From Stramenopiles sp. TOSAG23-2 (taxonomy: Eukaryota): a stretch of DNA of 43,938 nt. How positions within the stretch are numbered: the first letter of the stretch is position 1; each line of letters begins with the position of its first letter. Made by a program: the position numbers and the translations under genes. The notes beneath the pieces are model-generated. The model had not been told where the DNA came from. It ran no database searches and worked only from the letters and a program-made list of their open reading frames with translations. Positions 31,575 to 42,652 of this stretch are shown here, piece by piece. The stretch is taken from positions 1-43,938 of the forward strand of contig LT649295.1 in NCBI GenBank assembly GCA_900128395.1, in the 5' to 3' direction.

Positions 31575-31888
31575 AGGTGTGTTTTGAATGTGTATTTGAG
31601 TAGTTAGGAGATATATATAATTTGCGCGGTACGCGGTAATACTAATTTTACACTCTTTGTACTCGATACAGGTTTTAGCTAGAGAAAGTTAGTGGTTGTA
31701 GCGGAGAGAGTTCTAAAAAAAAAAAATAATTTTTCTGTGACACTCTTTTTTTATTTTCATATTATTTTTATTTTTTTATACGTTCGTATTATTTTTATAT
31801 ACTCGTACTAAAATATGTAATATAAAAAATTCTCTTAAAATTTAAATAATTCGGGGTATATTTCTTTTCTTTTAAAGTTAAAAACAAA

Positions 31889-32512
31889 TCATTCACTACT
31901 CTCGCTCCTCTCTGGATGCACTTTCTTACCACGGCAACATTGCATCAACCCAAACACAATTAACATTCCAATCCATATAAACATCCAAGAATACCTAATA
32001 ATATCCTCTTGAAGCAATCCTTGCCCATTTAAAAACGTATAAACTGACAATACCACTACAAATATATACGATGCTTTGGTCCAGTGGTTTATTGACCATA
32101 AGTATTGACATGGAGATTTTAGATGGATATACAATGCCAATAACAAGTTGCATAATACGACAATAATTAATCGAATCACAGATGATTCCGAAAACACTAC
32201 AGTTGCTGTACCAATTGCCATATCTATACCAATTTGCCATAATTGAAACGATTGAGTCCAACGAACACTAGATGCTTTTGACTTGAAAAATAAATAGACA
32301 GTTTCCTCATCTGATTTAGATTCCATAAATTGGCTACCAATTACAGTAGCAGTTGGAACTAAAAAAATCAAAAGCCCTAATGCTATAGATGCATATAATT
32401 GATGTGTCGAACCCCAACAGATTACGTTGTCATGTACTGCCATGGTAGCAACCACCGTTGTGCTAGTGGACATTACTGCCGTACTATTATTGAACATTGT
32501 CGTACTATTATT
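31889..32512 (-). pseudogene. C-terminal multi-TM fragment lacking its own N-terminus, similar in type to the gene at 3..983
   Basis: ICWG-x2-HQLYASIALGLLIFLVP plus ~5 further hydrophobic helices. The reading frame begins at the junction with the TPR ORF. Confidence 0.55.
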
Positions 32513-33014
32513 TCTCACCACCTTTATCACCTAATTGTGATGCAATTTCTAAAGATTTATGATAATATTTCAATGCATCTTGATAATTTCCAAGATTGCG
32601 ATGGGCTTCACCAATGTTGGAGTATGCTCTACCCTCACCACCTTTATCACCTAATTGTAATGCAATTTCTAAATCTTTATGATAATATTTCAATGCATCT
32701 TGATAATTTCCAAGACGGCCATGGGCTACACCAATGTTTCCGTATGCCATACCCTCACCACCTTTATCACCTAATTGTAATGCAATTTCTAAATGTTTAT
32801 GTTGATATTTCAATGCATCTTGATAATTTCCAAGCTTGCGATGGGCTTCACCAATGTTGCAGTATGCACTACCCTCCCAAGATGTATTTCCTGTTTCTTG
32901 AGCATACGATAAAAAAATCGTAAAATCTTTTAAAGCTCCTTTATAATCACCTTGATCGTCCTTTGCCTGTGCATTGTCAAACAATGCCCATGCTTCATCT
33001 TCCGTTAACGACAT
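32508..33014 (-). CDS. TPR protein (TTC28/GPSM-like 40-aa repeats), truncated mid-array
   Basis: Three near-identical 120-bp units (EG-x-AY-x-NIG-x-AH-x2-LGNYQDALKY-x-HK-x-LEIA-x-QLGDKGG). The ORF stops abruptly at GGEK*. Confidence 0.75.
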   Translation of the reverse strand: MSLTEDEAWALFDNAQAKDDQGDYKGALKDFTIFLSYAQETGNTSWEGSAYCNIGEAHRKLGNYQDALKYQHKHLEIALQLGDKGGEGMAYGNIGVAHGRLGNYQDALKYYHKDLEIALQLGDKGGEGRAYSNIGEAHRNLGNYQDALKYYHKSLEIASQLGDKGGEK

Positions 33015-33054
33015 GTTTCTTTTATAATACTAATCATACAATATATCTATATCC

Positions 33055-33110
33055 CACACACATCTACACACATCTACACACATCTACACACATCTACACA
33101 CATCTATACA
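33055..33110. repeat. 10-bp minisatellite (CATCTACACA) x ~5
   Basis: Directly visible just upstream of the TPR start. Confidence 0.9.
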
Positions 33111-33512
33111 CAAACAAATGGTAAAACAGATTAATATATGACATATGACAATACCATACACACAGCACCACCACACACACACACTATTTTTAGATCCATC
33201 CACATTTTTTGGGCAAAAAAAGAAATGAAGAAAAGAGGACTATCTACGTAATAGATTAACATAAACATAGCATTGATTATTAGTATCAAATAGGACACTA
33301 TATAACTACATTTATATCATATACTCTAACACACAATTTGACTAAATAAATGTATAACGATTTTAGCCATTTTTGGGCCGCGTGAATGGACGAGGAAGTT
33401 TTAAGAGCACAGATTAATACCAATATAGCATTGTTAATCCATACCAAATAGGCAGAAAATGACATGGAAAACAATACTATATTTAATACTACATAATGGT
33501 AATAAGTACAAA

Positions 33513-34022
33513 CTAATGCACACTCTTTCTTCTGCCACGTTTCCTTGGTGTTTTACTAACAGCAATATTCTTCTTCTTCTTCTTCTTCTTCAATCTCTCA
33601 CTTTCATTTTCATCTCCTCTTTGCTCCTTTTCTACGCCCTGATCAATATCATCCTCCTCCCCGTCTTCTTTATCAATCGCAATACCGTCTTCTTCCACAC
33701 CTTTATCATCATCATCACCATCATCCCCACTGCCACCAACGTTACTTTCACTCTTCTTCTTCTTCTTTGTCTCCATCTTACCTTTATTTTTATTATTACC
33801 ACCTCCTATTTTCTGAGTATCTCTTATTTTTTGTTGATTTTTCCCTTTATCTACCCTAAGATCAACAGCTTTTTTTTCTGGATATGCATTTTTTGCATTC
33901 ATTAGCAAACTTGGTTCTAATGCAAGCCATCGATATAATTCTCTTTTCGTTAAATAATCTAAAATTTGATCTCGAACTACTTTACAACAATGTGTAGTAC
34001 ATTTTACACATTGTAAAAGCAC
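33513..34022 (-). CDS. Hypothetical Lys/Asp/Glu-rich protein or gene fragment; possible short first exon 34125-34102 and 67-nt intron 34101-34035
   Basis: 169-aa ORF with a GTG start and NLS-like basic tracts. A GT..AG intron would give MKRHLSDQ|EYQDVLLQC in frame. No family recognised. Confidence 0.35.
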   Translation of the reverse strand: MLLQCVKCTTHCCKVVRDQILDYLTKRELYRWLALEPSLLMNAKNAYPEKKAVDLRVDKGKNQQKIRDTQKIGGGNNKNKGKMETKKKKKSESNVGGSGDDGDDDDKGVEEDGIAIDKEDGEEDDIDQGVEKEQRGDENESERLKKKKKKKNIAVSKTPRKRGRRKSVH

Positions 34023-34137
34023 ATCTTGATATTCCTATAATATCCTTAAATAAAACAAACAACTTAAGCACGCTTTCAAGTATAACATGATACTACTAAA
34101 CCTGATCGGAAAGATGCCTTTTCATCTTCACAATCTT

Positions 34138-34319
34138 TGTTACTTTATTCTGATGTGTATATGCTAATAAATACCTTATATATTGAAGACGAATGGAGAA
34201 TGACCCATTTCATATATATACCAAAAAATTCCAGTTTTACTAACTCGTGAAGGAGTAAAGCAGGATAAACCTTTTGCTATGGCCAGCTTTGATCGATTCC
34301 TCTTCTAAATAACGTAATA
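34138..34319 (+). repeat. 5' LTR (182 bp)
   Basis: Identical to 34617-34798 except the penultimate base (GTAATA vs GTAACA). Confidence 0.95.
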
Positions 34320-34616
34320 GTTTATCAGACCCAGTCTCTAAATGAGCTAATCAAAAATAGTTTACGTAGAAGTAATAAAGAATCAATATATATTAAAGTC
34401 TAAGAAGCCTTAAAAATCCTTCACAAACATGATCCAAAAAGTAGATCAGCCCCGTACCAGAAGCAGTACATTAAACCAAAAATGGTCCAAGGCAGACCTT
34501 AAAATCACATAACTAAAATTAGTTTAAGGGGTTGAAATAACTCTTTGCATAACATCACAATAAGAAATAGACAAATTTCGGAAAACGAAAAATCTCATCA
34601 AAAATTTGAGGGGTTG

Positions 34617-34798
34617 TGTTACTTTATTCTGATGTGTATATGCTAATAAATACCTTATATATTGAAGACGAATGGAGAATGACCCATTTCATATATATAC
34701 CAAAAAATTCCAGTTTTACTAACTCGTGAAGGAGTAAAGCAGGATAAACCTTTTGCTATGGCCAGCTTTGATCGATTCCTCTTCTAAATAACGTAACA
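34617..34798 (+). repeat. 3' LTR (182 bp)
   Basis: TG...CA ends with a 6-bp terminal inverted repeat, followed by the TSD ATCTT. Confidence 0.95.
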
Positions 34799-34987
34799 AT
34801 CTTTGCGTCACCAAAAGGGCCTCACCAACCATTTACATATAATATATATATATATATATCAATGTTGGGCATCGTATTTATATCAATTTTCTGTATTTTA
34901 TGAAAATTTACTCAGAAACGAACACGCAAGACACATATTATTATTGTTATTACTGTTTTTACGAAAATTTTTTAAATATTGTTTTCT

Positions 34988-35026
<39 letters not shown>

Positions 35027-35061
35027 TTTTTTTTGGTATTAACATTTTAAGCAATATAACA

Positions 35062-36297
35062 ATGAAAAACAACCCATTTCAACAAATGAAACAAGCTATA
35101 CTTGATAAATTAAACGCTTCAATATATATTGATAAAAGTCCAAAAGGTTTTTTAGATGCACCTATTGTTGATTTAGTCAACTTGATCAATTCACATAAAG
35201 ATTATGTTACGACATCCTCTTGCAGTGGCAGGATTGTTCTTTTTGCTACTTTAGAGAAAAAATGGATTTTAGCTAAACATGAAAAAGTTGATTTTGAAGA
35301 TGTATTAAATATTTTAAAAACATATCATCAAGAAACAGATTTAACAATACATAACAAAGACGCTGCTAATTTTCCAATTTTATTAAAACATGAACCTTTG
35401 ATCCTTCATGTACAATGTAGTAATTTGAAATCAGCTGAATTTTTATTGCAAATTGCATTGCAAGCTGGATATCGAGAGTCAGGTATTGTATTAGGTAAGA
35501 AAAAAATTATGGTAGCAATACGTACTATGGCTGGTATTATGGAAGTACCACTTGGACAGCATTTTTTTGGCGATGGTTTTATTATTGATGATGTGAATAA
35601 CAATAATAACAATAATTATTTTCTTGATTTTTTACGACAATTAATAGAAGAAGCATGTAATCGATTTGATGAAAATGCGAAACGTACAAATATATTTATG
35701 AATGTTTTAAAAACTGAATTATTTAACAAAGCAAATAATCTTACCATTAATAATAATACGGAAGATGATAATATTATTTTATTACATGATAATTCTGCTT
35801 TATCATATGAATTTGAAAACGAATTTTTAAACATGAATCGTTTTAAACGATGGTCCCATTCAACTGATTCATCAATTGATAATAAATTTATAATAACGTT
35901 TGGCGGCTATGGTATTGCAAAAGATGGACATGTTGGCCGTTTAAATGATTTCATATTTGGTTATATGGATACAAAAAATAAATGTTTAAAATGGAATGTT
36001 TTCGATGAAATAAAAAGCAATACATCATCAGTTATATGGCCTTGTGCAAGAGTTAGGCATACGTTGAGCTTGTTGCCACCAATTGTTTACCAAAAAAAAT
36101 CCACTACCACCACCACTACTAGTGCATTATCGTCGTATAAATTGCCATGTATTTTATTTGGTGGTCGTTCAAGCCCGGAAAAACCTTTTAATGAAGTATA
36201 TTTAGGTATGTTTTCCATGAAAAATAATAAGTTGCTAAACTACACAATTCTAAAAACGGACATGAATGGAAAAAAACATCTAGCGGTTATCAATTAC

Positions 36298-36332
<35 letters not shown>

Positions 36333-38742
36333 AAACAAATTTGATTTAAAGTGGGATTTATTGGAAATGAAATCATTAAAACAAGAATTTCCTAGAAAAC
36401 GATGGAGTCACAGTGCTTCTGTGCTTTGTTGTAGTACTTCATCCTCATTGTCACAAACATCAAACAATAATACGTATCTAAAGTATTGTGATATTATTAA
36501 TACTAATAATGATGATATCGGCGAAACTTATACCATTTGTATATATGGTGGTAGAGACAATAATAATGTATTTGATGATATTTTCTTCTTAAATGTGTAT
36601 CATAGTTCTTATACGAAGGATAACGATAATGATGAAGATGATTCATCAACATTCGGTTGGTGGGAACCAATGACAAATAAAATAAGTGGAAAGTCACCTG
36701 GTCCACGTTTTTCACATACATCAACATTAATCGGGCATAAACATGGAAACACCTCTTTTTCCAATAAATCCATGGTTATTGCTGGAGGGTATACATCTAC
36801 TAATAATGCAAATTTAGCGTTTGCCAATACCTCGATTTATATTCTTAATTTTGATACGATGGCATGGTCTTCCTTGTTTTCCTCTGAAGCAACTGGGGCC
36901 ACAACATTATTGTCTCGTTATTCACATACAGCGTCTGTGTTAGAAGATGACAAGATACTTTTATTTGGTGGTATAAGACATGGTGGTCATAACAATATGT
37001 CAGTAATTGATTTGAAAAAAAAATGTATTTATAATATAAATGATGGCAATGTTGAATCTACATTGGTACGGCATACGATGTCAAAATTATTAATTGGAAC
37101 AAAAGAGGATGGTAAAAAGGATTTATTTGCATTTGTAAAAATAGGTGGTGGTTCACAAGTAAGTTCATTTGGGCAAGCATGGAATGAACCTGTATTATCT
37201 ATGATAAATATTAATAAAATTATGAATTATGAACCAAGACACATCATTTATGAAAAGAATAATCGCAACATAGAAAACATTAGCATGAACGACGTTGTTC
37301 TTGAAAAACAAATTGATATAAGTGAAGCCAGCAGTCATTATGGTGAAATGCAGAAACAAAACAATAATGTAATAGAAACTAACAATATATCAGCAATTGT
37401 CGTCAATCCAAAAAATATTAAAACTGTCAAAGTGGCTTTAGAAAAAATCAAAGGGTTGGATTTAAATTATCGTATAGGTTCGGCAAATAGTTGTAAAGAA
37501 TTGATAGATAGTAATGAAAAATATACCGGAATGAAACTACTACCTTTAACAGCAACATGTAGTGATACGTTGGCAAAGGATTATATCATTAGCAATATTA
37601 CTACTAATAATAATAATAATGGAAATAAGGTTCATAATAATAATCTAAATGAATATTTAGGGACAAAAGTACATGAGTTATTTAGCGAAAACAAATGTTT
37701 TTTTTTATATAAAAAAATCCCAGCAAATATATTCCCAAAAACCAAAGTACCAAGAAATATAAAAAAAATGCAAAATAAGAGCATTGTAAACGTATTACGT
37801 AGAGTATTGGAAAAACACGGGGTGAAAGATATTATACCTCAATTATTAGCATTGGTTCCATTAAAATTTGAAAAACTCGGCCATGATGTGACTGTTTTAC
37901 CGAAAGAAATGTTTCAAGGGAAAAAAGTTGAAGACAATAATAGTAGCGATAATAGATCTGTTTCATGGAAAGAATCATTATCTGAAAAATGTTTATTGGA
38001 GGCTTACAAAAAGATTGCATCTATTCAAAAAACAAGTCGAATATTATGTAGATATGAAATAGATACAGGAATTATGAGGAAAAGTTGTGCCAACCTATTG
38101 TATGATAAAAATAACTTAGGCAGTTGGTTGAAAATTAAGGAAAATGGAGTTGAATATAACTTTGATTGCAAACAAGTCATGTTTTGTACCGGAAATGGAA
38201 CGGAAAAGCGCCGTATGGGTAGTAAAGGTCATGGGGAAATCATTGTTGATCTATATGCAGGTATAGGATATTTTACATTGCCTTTCCTCGTCCATGGTAA
38301 TGCTAAGTATGTACATGCATGTGAAATCAATCCTGATTCAGTAAAGGCATTGAAAAAAAATTTAATAGCAAATGGCGTAGAAGATAGATGCACCGTTTAT
38401 TTAGGGGATAATATTGTATCTGCTAAGAAATTAATTGGCATTGCTAATCGCGTTAATTTAGGTTTGTTACCAGACAGTGTCAAAGGATATGAAATTGCAG
38501 TGGATTGTTTGAATTTAAATAGTGGTGGTATTTTACATGTACATGGAAATTGTTTATCGGTAGAAAGAGAGAAATGGGGTAAACAAGTCGAACAAGATAT
38601 TTTCAATATCATACAAGAAAAAGGTGGTGCAATTCAAGAATCATTTCAATCGGTTCAATGCATACATGTGGAACGTGTTAAATCATATGCACCAAGAGTT
38701 GACCACGTTGTTGCAGATATTGAAATACGTTGTCGTCAGTAG
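35062..38742 (+). CDS. TYW3: tRNA wybutosine-synthesizing protein 2/3/4 fusion (TYW3 - Kelch/TYW4C - TYW2)
   Basis: TYW3 motifs DKSPKG-x-LD and YVTTSSCSGRI, G(Y)RESG. Kelch repeats with FGGR, YGGR, PRFSHT and RYSHTA. TYW2/Trm12 motifs ENGVEY...VMFCTGNGTEK, DLYAGIGYF, RVNLGLLP and VKSYAPRVDHVVAD. Confidence 0.93.
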
Positions 38743-38998
38743 AGAGAGAGAGAGGGGGGGAGGGAGAGAGACTGTGTGTGGTGTGAATTTAAAAAAAATG
38801 ATATTACGAAGAGGGAAGAGGGGTCTAAAAACATACTTGGTACGTGTCCGTATAATATTATACACATAGTAATTAATTTTTTTTAAATCTAAAAATTTAT
38901 TTTTTTTTAAATAATACTCCGTGTGTACCAAAAAATAAATTTTTAAAAAAATATGTACGATCCCGTACATACCCTTTTTTTTTCTTCCGGTCGCCACT

Positions 38999-40118
38999 TC
39001 AAATATATTGTAATGTTCCATCCCATTTCACCCATTCACTGATATGATCCCCCAGAAAGTTACATTTTGGACATGCATTACTTATTTTACCATTCTCACC
39101 CACTGTTTCTCCATGATGCGAGGATAAATCTTCACAATTTCCATGTTCTACTGGGCCGAATGAACATTTTGGGCATTGGTATTGCCGACCATTTTCTAAC
39201 ACCTGCGATAATTGCTCTGGACTCAATGCATTGCATTTTTTACCTTTATGTTGTTTCGCACCACACCGTACGCATATAGCCCAATTACATCTGTTGCATC
39301 TATTGCCATGCTTTGAATCTAAATCAATTGTTGGTACTATTTTTAATTCATCAGCGCAAAATTTGCTTTGACACCACCATAGTGTTCGACTAACACTCAC
39401 CCGTTTGCCTTGTAGTTTAAGATAAAGTGCCTCAAACTCGTCGGGAAACAAAGACTTTACAGATTCTTCATCAACGACACTGTCGTGTTTACAATGACAA
39501 ATGATATCACACTTTGCTTTTGTTTTGCAACAACCGTAAACTATTAATGGGCATCGCAATCCTTTTACTAATGGTTTTCGATCATTTGCATAATTAAATT
39601 CATTCTTAAAATGTGTTGCTAGACATGCCTTACAACATTTATTTTCATATTTAGAATCAACCAGTGTAAATTTTGCTGGAACTTGATTACAGCAAATGTT
39701 ACATTCAAAAGATGTTTTAATAAGTGATTGCCAGTGTGCGATACGATGAACGCAATGACCACGAATTTGACTTCCATTGAGTTTAGATTTGGCTGGTGCT
39801 CTAAAACTGTATTGAATCTTTGGGAATCACTTCGTCAAAACTTGCCTCCCATCCATAATATCCAATAGTATATGTATTTTCATTTACTTCTTTTACAAAT
39901 GCTACGTAATGTTTCGGTCTGTTATCATATTGCATTGCAAATGATGATGCGTAAAATCCAATATTATCACCAACTTTGAATTCAGATGTTTTTGTGATAT
40001 CATGTTCGGAATTATTAATTTCTTCATTTTCAACATTATTATTTTTTTTATTAGATGTAGATGGAGATACGCGTAATCTTGATGGCAACGCTCCCATGTT
40101 CATAAAATGAAAATTCAT
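38999..40118 (-). pseudogene. Tudor-knot/chromo-barrel-like + RING1-IBR-variant RING2 (RBR-like E3 ligase), split by a +1 frameshift at 39803-39806
   Basis: The downstream frame is open from 39826 to 38999 and encodes CNICC...CCKAC...RCP, the IBR WCQSKFC...CNRC...CVRC...H...C, and CPKC...HGNC. The upstream ORF ends YYGWEASFDEVIPKDSIQF-TAG. Deleting one T gives a continuous ~370-aa protein. Confidence 0.75.
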
Positions 40119-40903
40119 ACAGTATATATAGTTAACTTTTTATTGAAATATTGAAAACGATAAAGGTACTACTTCTTTCGTATTACCTCCATATATCTAC
40201 TATATATATTTTTGTCTTGATGGGTATATATCCACAGTAGTATGCTATATATATAGCTATATGCTATATGCATAAAAACAACAACGACAGGGACCAACAT
40301 TTCACATTTTTTTGGGTTTCTAAAATTACCAGGCACATACCATTAAGAAATTCAACTTTTTCTCTCGCTTTTTTTTTTTTGGACCGACACTCTAGAGGGA
40401 AATCAATAAGTATATCTTTAGTATACTATAGATATTTGATAGGTACATATCTTGTGGATCCAAAAATGACCAATGTTAATTAGGATGAAAATATCTAGAA
40501 TATCCGAGTTTATGTGTGTGAAGCTGTGAAGCTTATGTGAATAGAGCAGGTGACATGGTGACACATGGTGACATTAAAAAAATGAACAAATTTCCACGTT
40601 GTATTTACCTTAAATTAGACCATTTTTTTGACCAAATACGAAAACATGCTAAATAATTATATTTCATGTATTATAGTATATATTAAGTACTAAGTAAAGT
40701 GAATGCGATGTACTAATTTTGGTCACTTTTGGTGAAAAGGTGAGAATTGGATGAAATTTACTTCTTCAGAGGTGAACTACAAATATATAAATATATATCC
40801 ACATACATGTATATATCATTAAGATGAAGAAACATAAATAGAAATAGACAACTGGATAGATCATAATTGTCAAAAATATATATCGATATCTAGTACATAT
40901 CCA

Positions 40904-41713
40904 ATGAATATCAACGAAGAAAGGAAACAAGGACATATATCTGAGAGTAAGGAGAAACAACGGAAGAGTACTGCATATCAAAATACTTCTGTTTTAGAAG
41001 TTGAGACAAATCATAATAATAATAATAATAATTTAAATAATTCATTAATTAGTAAAAACGACGTGGAAATTAAAGATTCTACCAAAACAACAAGTTCTTG
41101 TAAAAATAATATGCGAAAAAAATATAAAGTATATATTGGTAATATAATATGTATAGGTCTAATTGTCCTTGGCATAGTGGCATTAGCAGGTGGATTTGGT
41201 AGTATGCGTTCACATACATATGGTGGTGTAGCAGGAAATATTACAGGTACAGAAGAATTAATGAAACAAAAAGAACATGGAACATGCGTTGGTGAAATCC
41301 AAAAAGAACTTCGTTGGCAATGTGATCGTGAAACAGCTGATAGGATCTCATGTTTCAATCGTCATTATGCGGAACATAGTGGTTATTGGGAACAAACTTC
41401 ATTTTTAACTGAGGAAGATGGTAGTACCGGTGAAATTTATTTCTACGATTCCGTGACTGGTAAAGAATTATTTGTTGCACCACGTGGTCGAACATTTCAA
41501 GCATTTATAGATGAATCAAAGGCTCATGGTTGGCCGTCTTTCCGTGATAAAGAAGTAAATCAACAACATGTGCGTATTTTACCAAATGGGGAAACGGTTA
41601 GTATCGATGGAACGCATTTAGGGCACAATTTACCAGATGGAAAAGGCAATCGGTATTGTATTAATTTAGTTTCCATCGCTGGACATTCATCAAAACCAAA
41701 AGAGACATTGTAA
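40904..41713 (+). CDS. MsrB/SelR-like methionine-R-sulfoxide reductase homologue, zinc-free, with an N-terminal TM anchor
   Basis: GWPSF, HLGH and RYCIN motifs are present but the CxxC zinc pairs are absent. TM segment IICIGLIVLGIVALAGG. Confidence 0.8.
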   Translation: MNINEERKQGHISESKEKQRKSTAYQNTSVLEVETNHNNNNNNLNNSLISKNDVEIKDSTKTTSSCKNNMRKKYKVYIGNIICIGLIVLGIVALAGGFGSMRSHTYGGVAGNITGTEELMKQKEHGTCVGEIQKELRWQCDRETADRISCFNRHYAEHSGYWEQTSFLTEEDGSTGEIYFYDSVTGKELFVAPRGRTFQAFIDESKAHGWPSFRDKEVNQQHVRILPNGETVSIDGTHLGHNLPDGKGNRYCINLVSIAGHSSKPKETL

Positions 41714-42652
41714 AAAGTATGATGTAGATATATATTATATATATGTCTGTCTCTTTGTTATGCACTATGCACTTAACTTTAACTTTAAATATATCATATT
41801 TATTTTCTTTTTCATTTTTCTTTTATTTCATTTATCATTATTGTTTTTTTTTAGATCTGCAAGAAATTTTTGGTGATTTAGGTGAGAAGTGTGCAGCTAG
41901 TACACATGTCCACGAGTATCACAAACGTTAAATGTTGCGACCTCCGAAGCATCACAATGCAAATAAATTGCCAGCAATTTGTAAAAATATGAAACATGCC
42001 ACACCTGTGTAAATATGTTGTGATGCTTGTTTCATAAGTCCCTTGGGAGTGCACGTACCTGATGATTTCACTGATTTTTTCTTCTCTGTTACACTGTGAT
42101 GTATAGTCTATATGCATGTGTACATTGTTGTTTTTTTTAGATCCCGCAATAGATTGGTAGGCGTGAATATTCATATTCTAATTTATTATACCCACTGTGT
42201 ATATGTTATGAATACTCAATGTGCCACAATACGCATTAACACTATTAAGTATTGTACCATTGGATATACAATATAACCTATCATTACTAATAATTGTACT
42301 TAGACAATTGATGTCGAACACAAAATTAATATTATTATTAAAATTTACTACCAAAAAACCCCAAAAAACAACAAAAAAAAGAAAAATGAATCAGGCTATA
42401 GTTGTGTATGTGTAAAAAGGAAACAAAAATATTAAATGTATACCCCAGATATACTATATATATATATATAATTTTAAAATTGATTAAAAAACAATAACGA
42501 CAATTATACATACACACACCAATATTTACAATATAATATTTTTAATATTTGTGCAATTAATTAATATTATTTAATTACAAGAATTATAATACAACATATA
42601 TTGATTCAAGATATAATAATAATAAAATATATTATATATACACAACAAAAAC

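Larger units (their letters stand above)
34138..34798 (+). mobile_element. TRIM (terminal-repeat retrotransposon in miniature), copia-like and non-autonomous, 661 bp
   Basis: Two 182-bp LTRs (34138-34319 and 34617-34798) with element termini TGTTAC...GTAACA. 5-bp TSD ATCTT at 34133-34137 and 34799-34803. PBS-like GTTTATCAGACCCAG at 34320 and PPT-like GAGGGGTTG abutting the 3' LTR. The 297-bp interior has no long ORF. Confidence 0.92.

Noticed and set aside
4462..38612. Numerous antisense or nested ORFs (e.g. 4462..4917, 21436..22083, 30281..30718, 32399..32923, 33459..33905)
   Set aside because: These are shadows of real genes or of low-complexity and repeat sequence, with no independent protein signal.
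35062..38742. TYW3-Kelch-TYW2 triple fusion as a novelty
   Set aside because: The same architecture is established in plants (TYW2/3/4 protein), so it is not new.
1114..38742. Poly-Asn/Thr/Gln tracts in many proteins
   Set aside because: A background trait of this AT-rich genome (trinucleotide slippage), not a locus-specific system.
41878..42174. 98-aa minus-strand ORF
   Set aside because: No recognisable motif, and it is short enough to be chance. Not supported as a gene.
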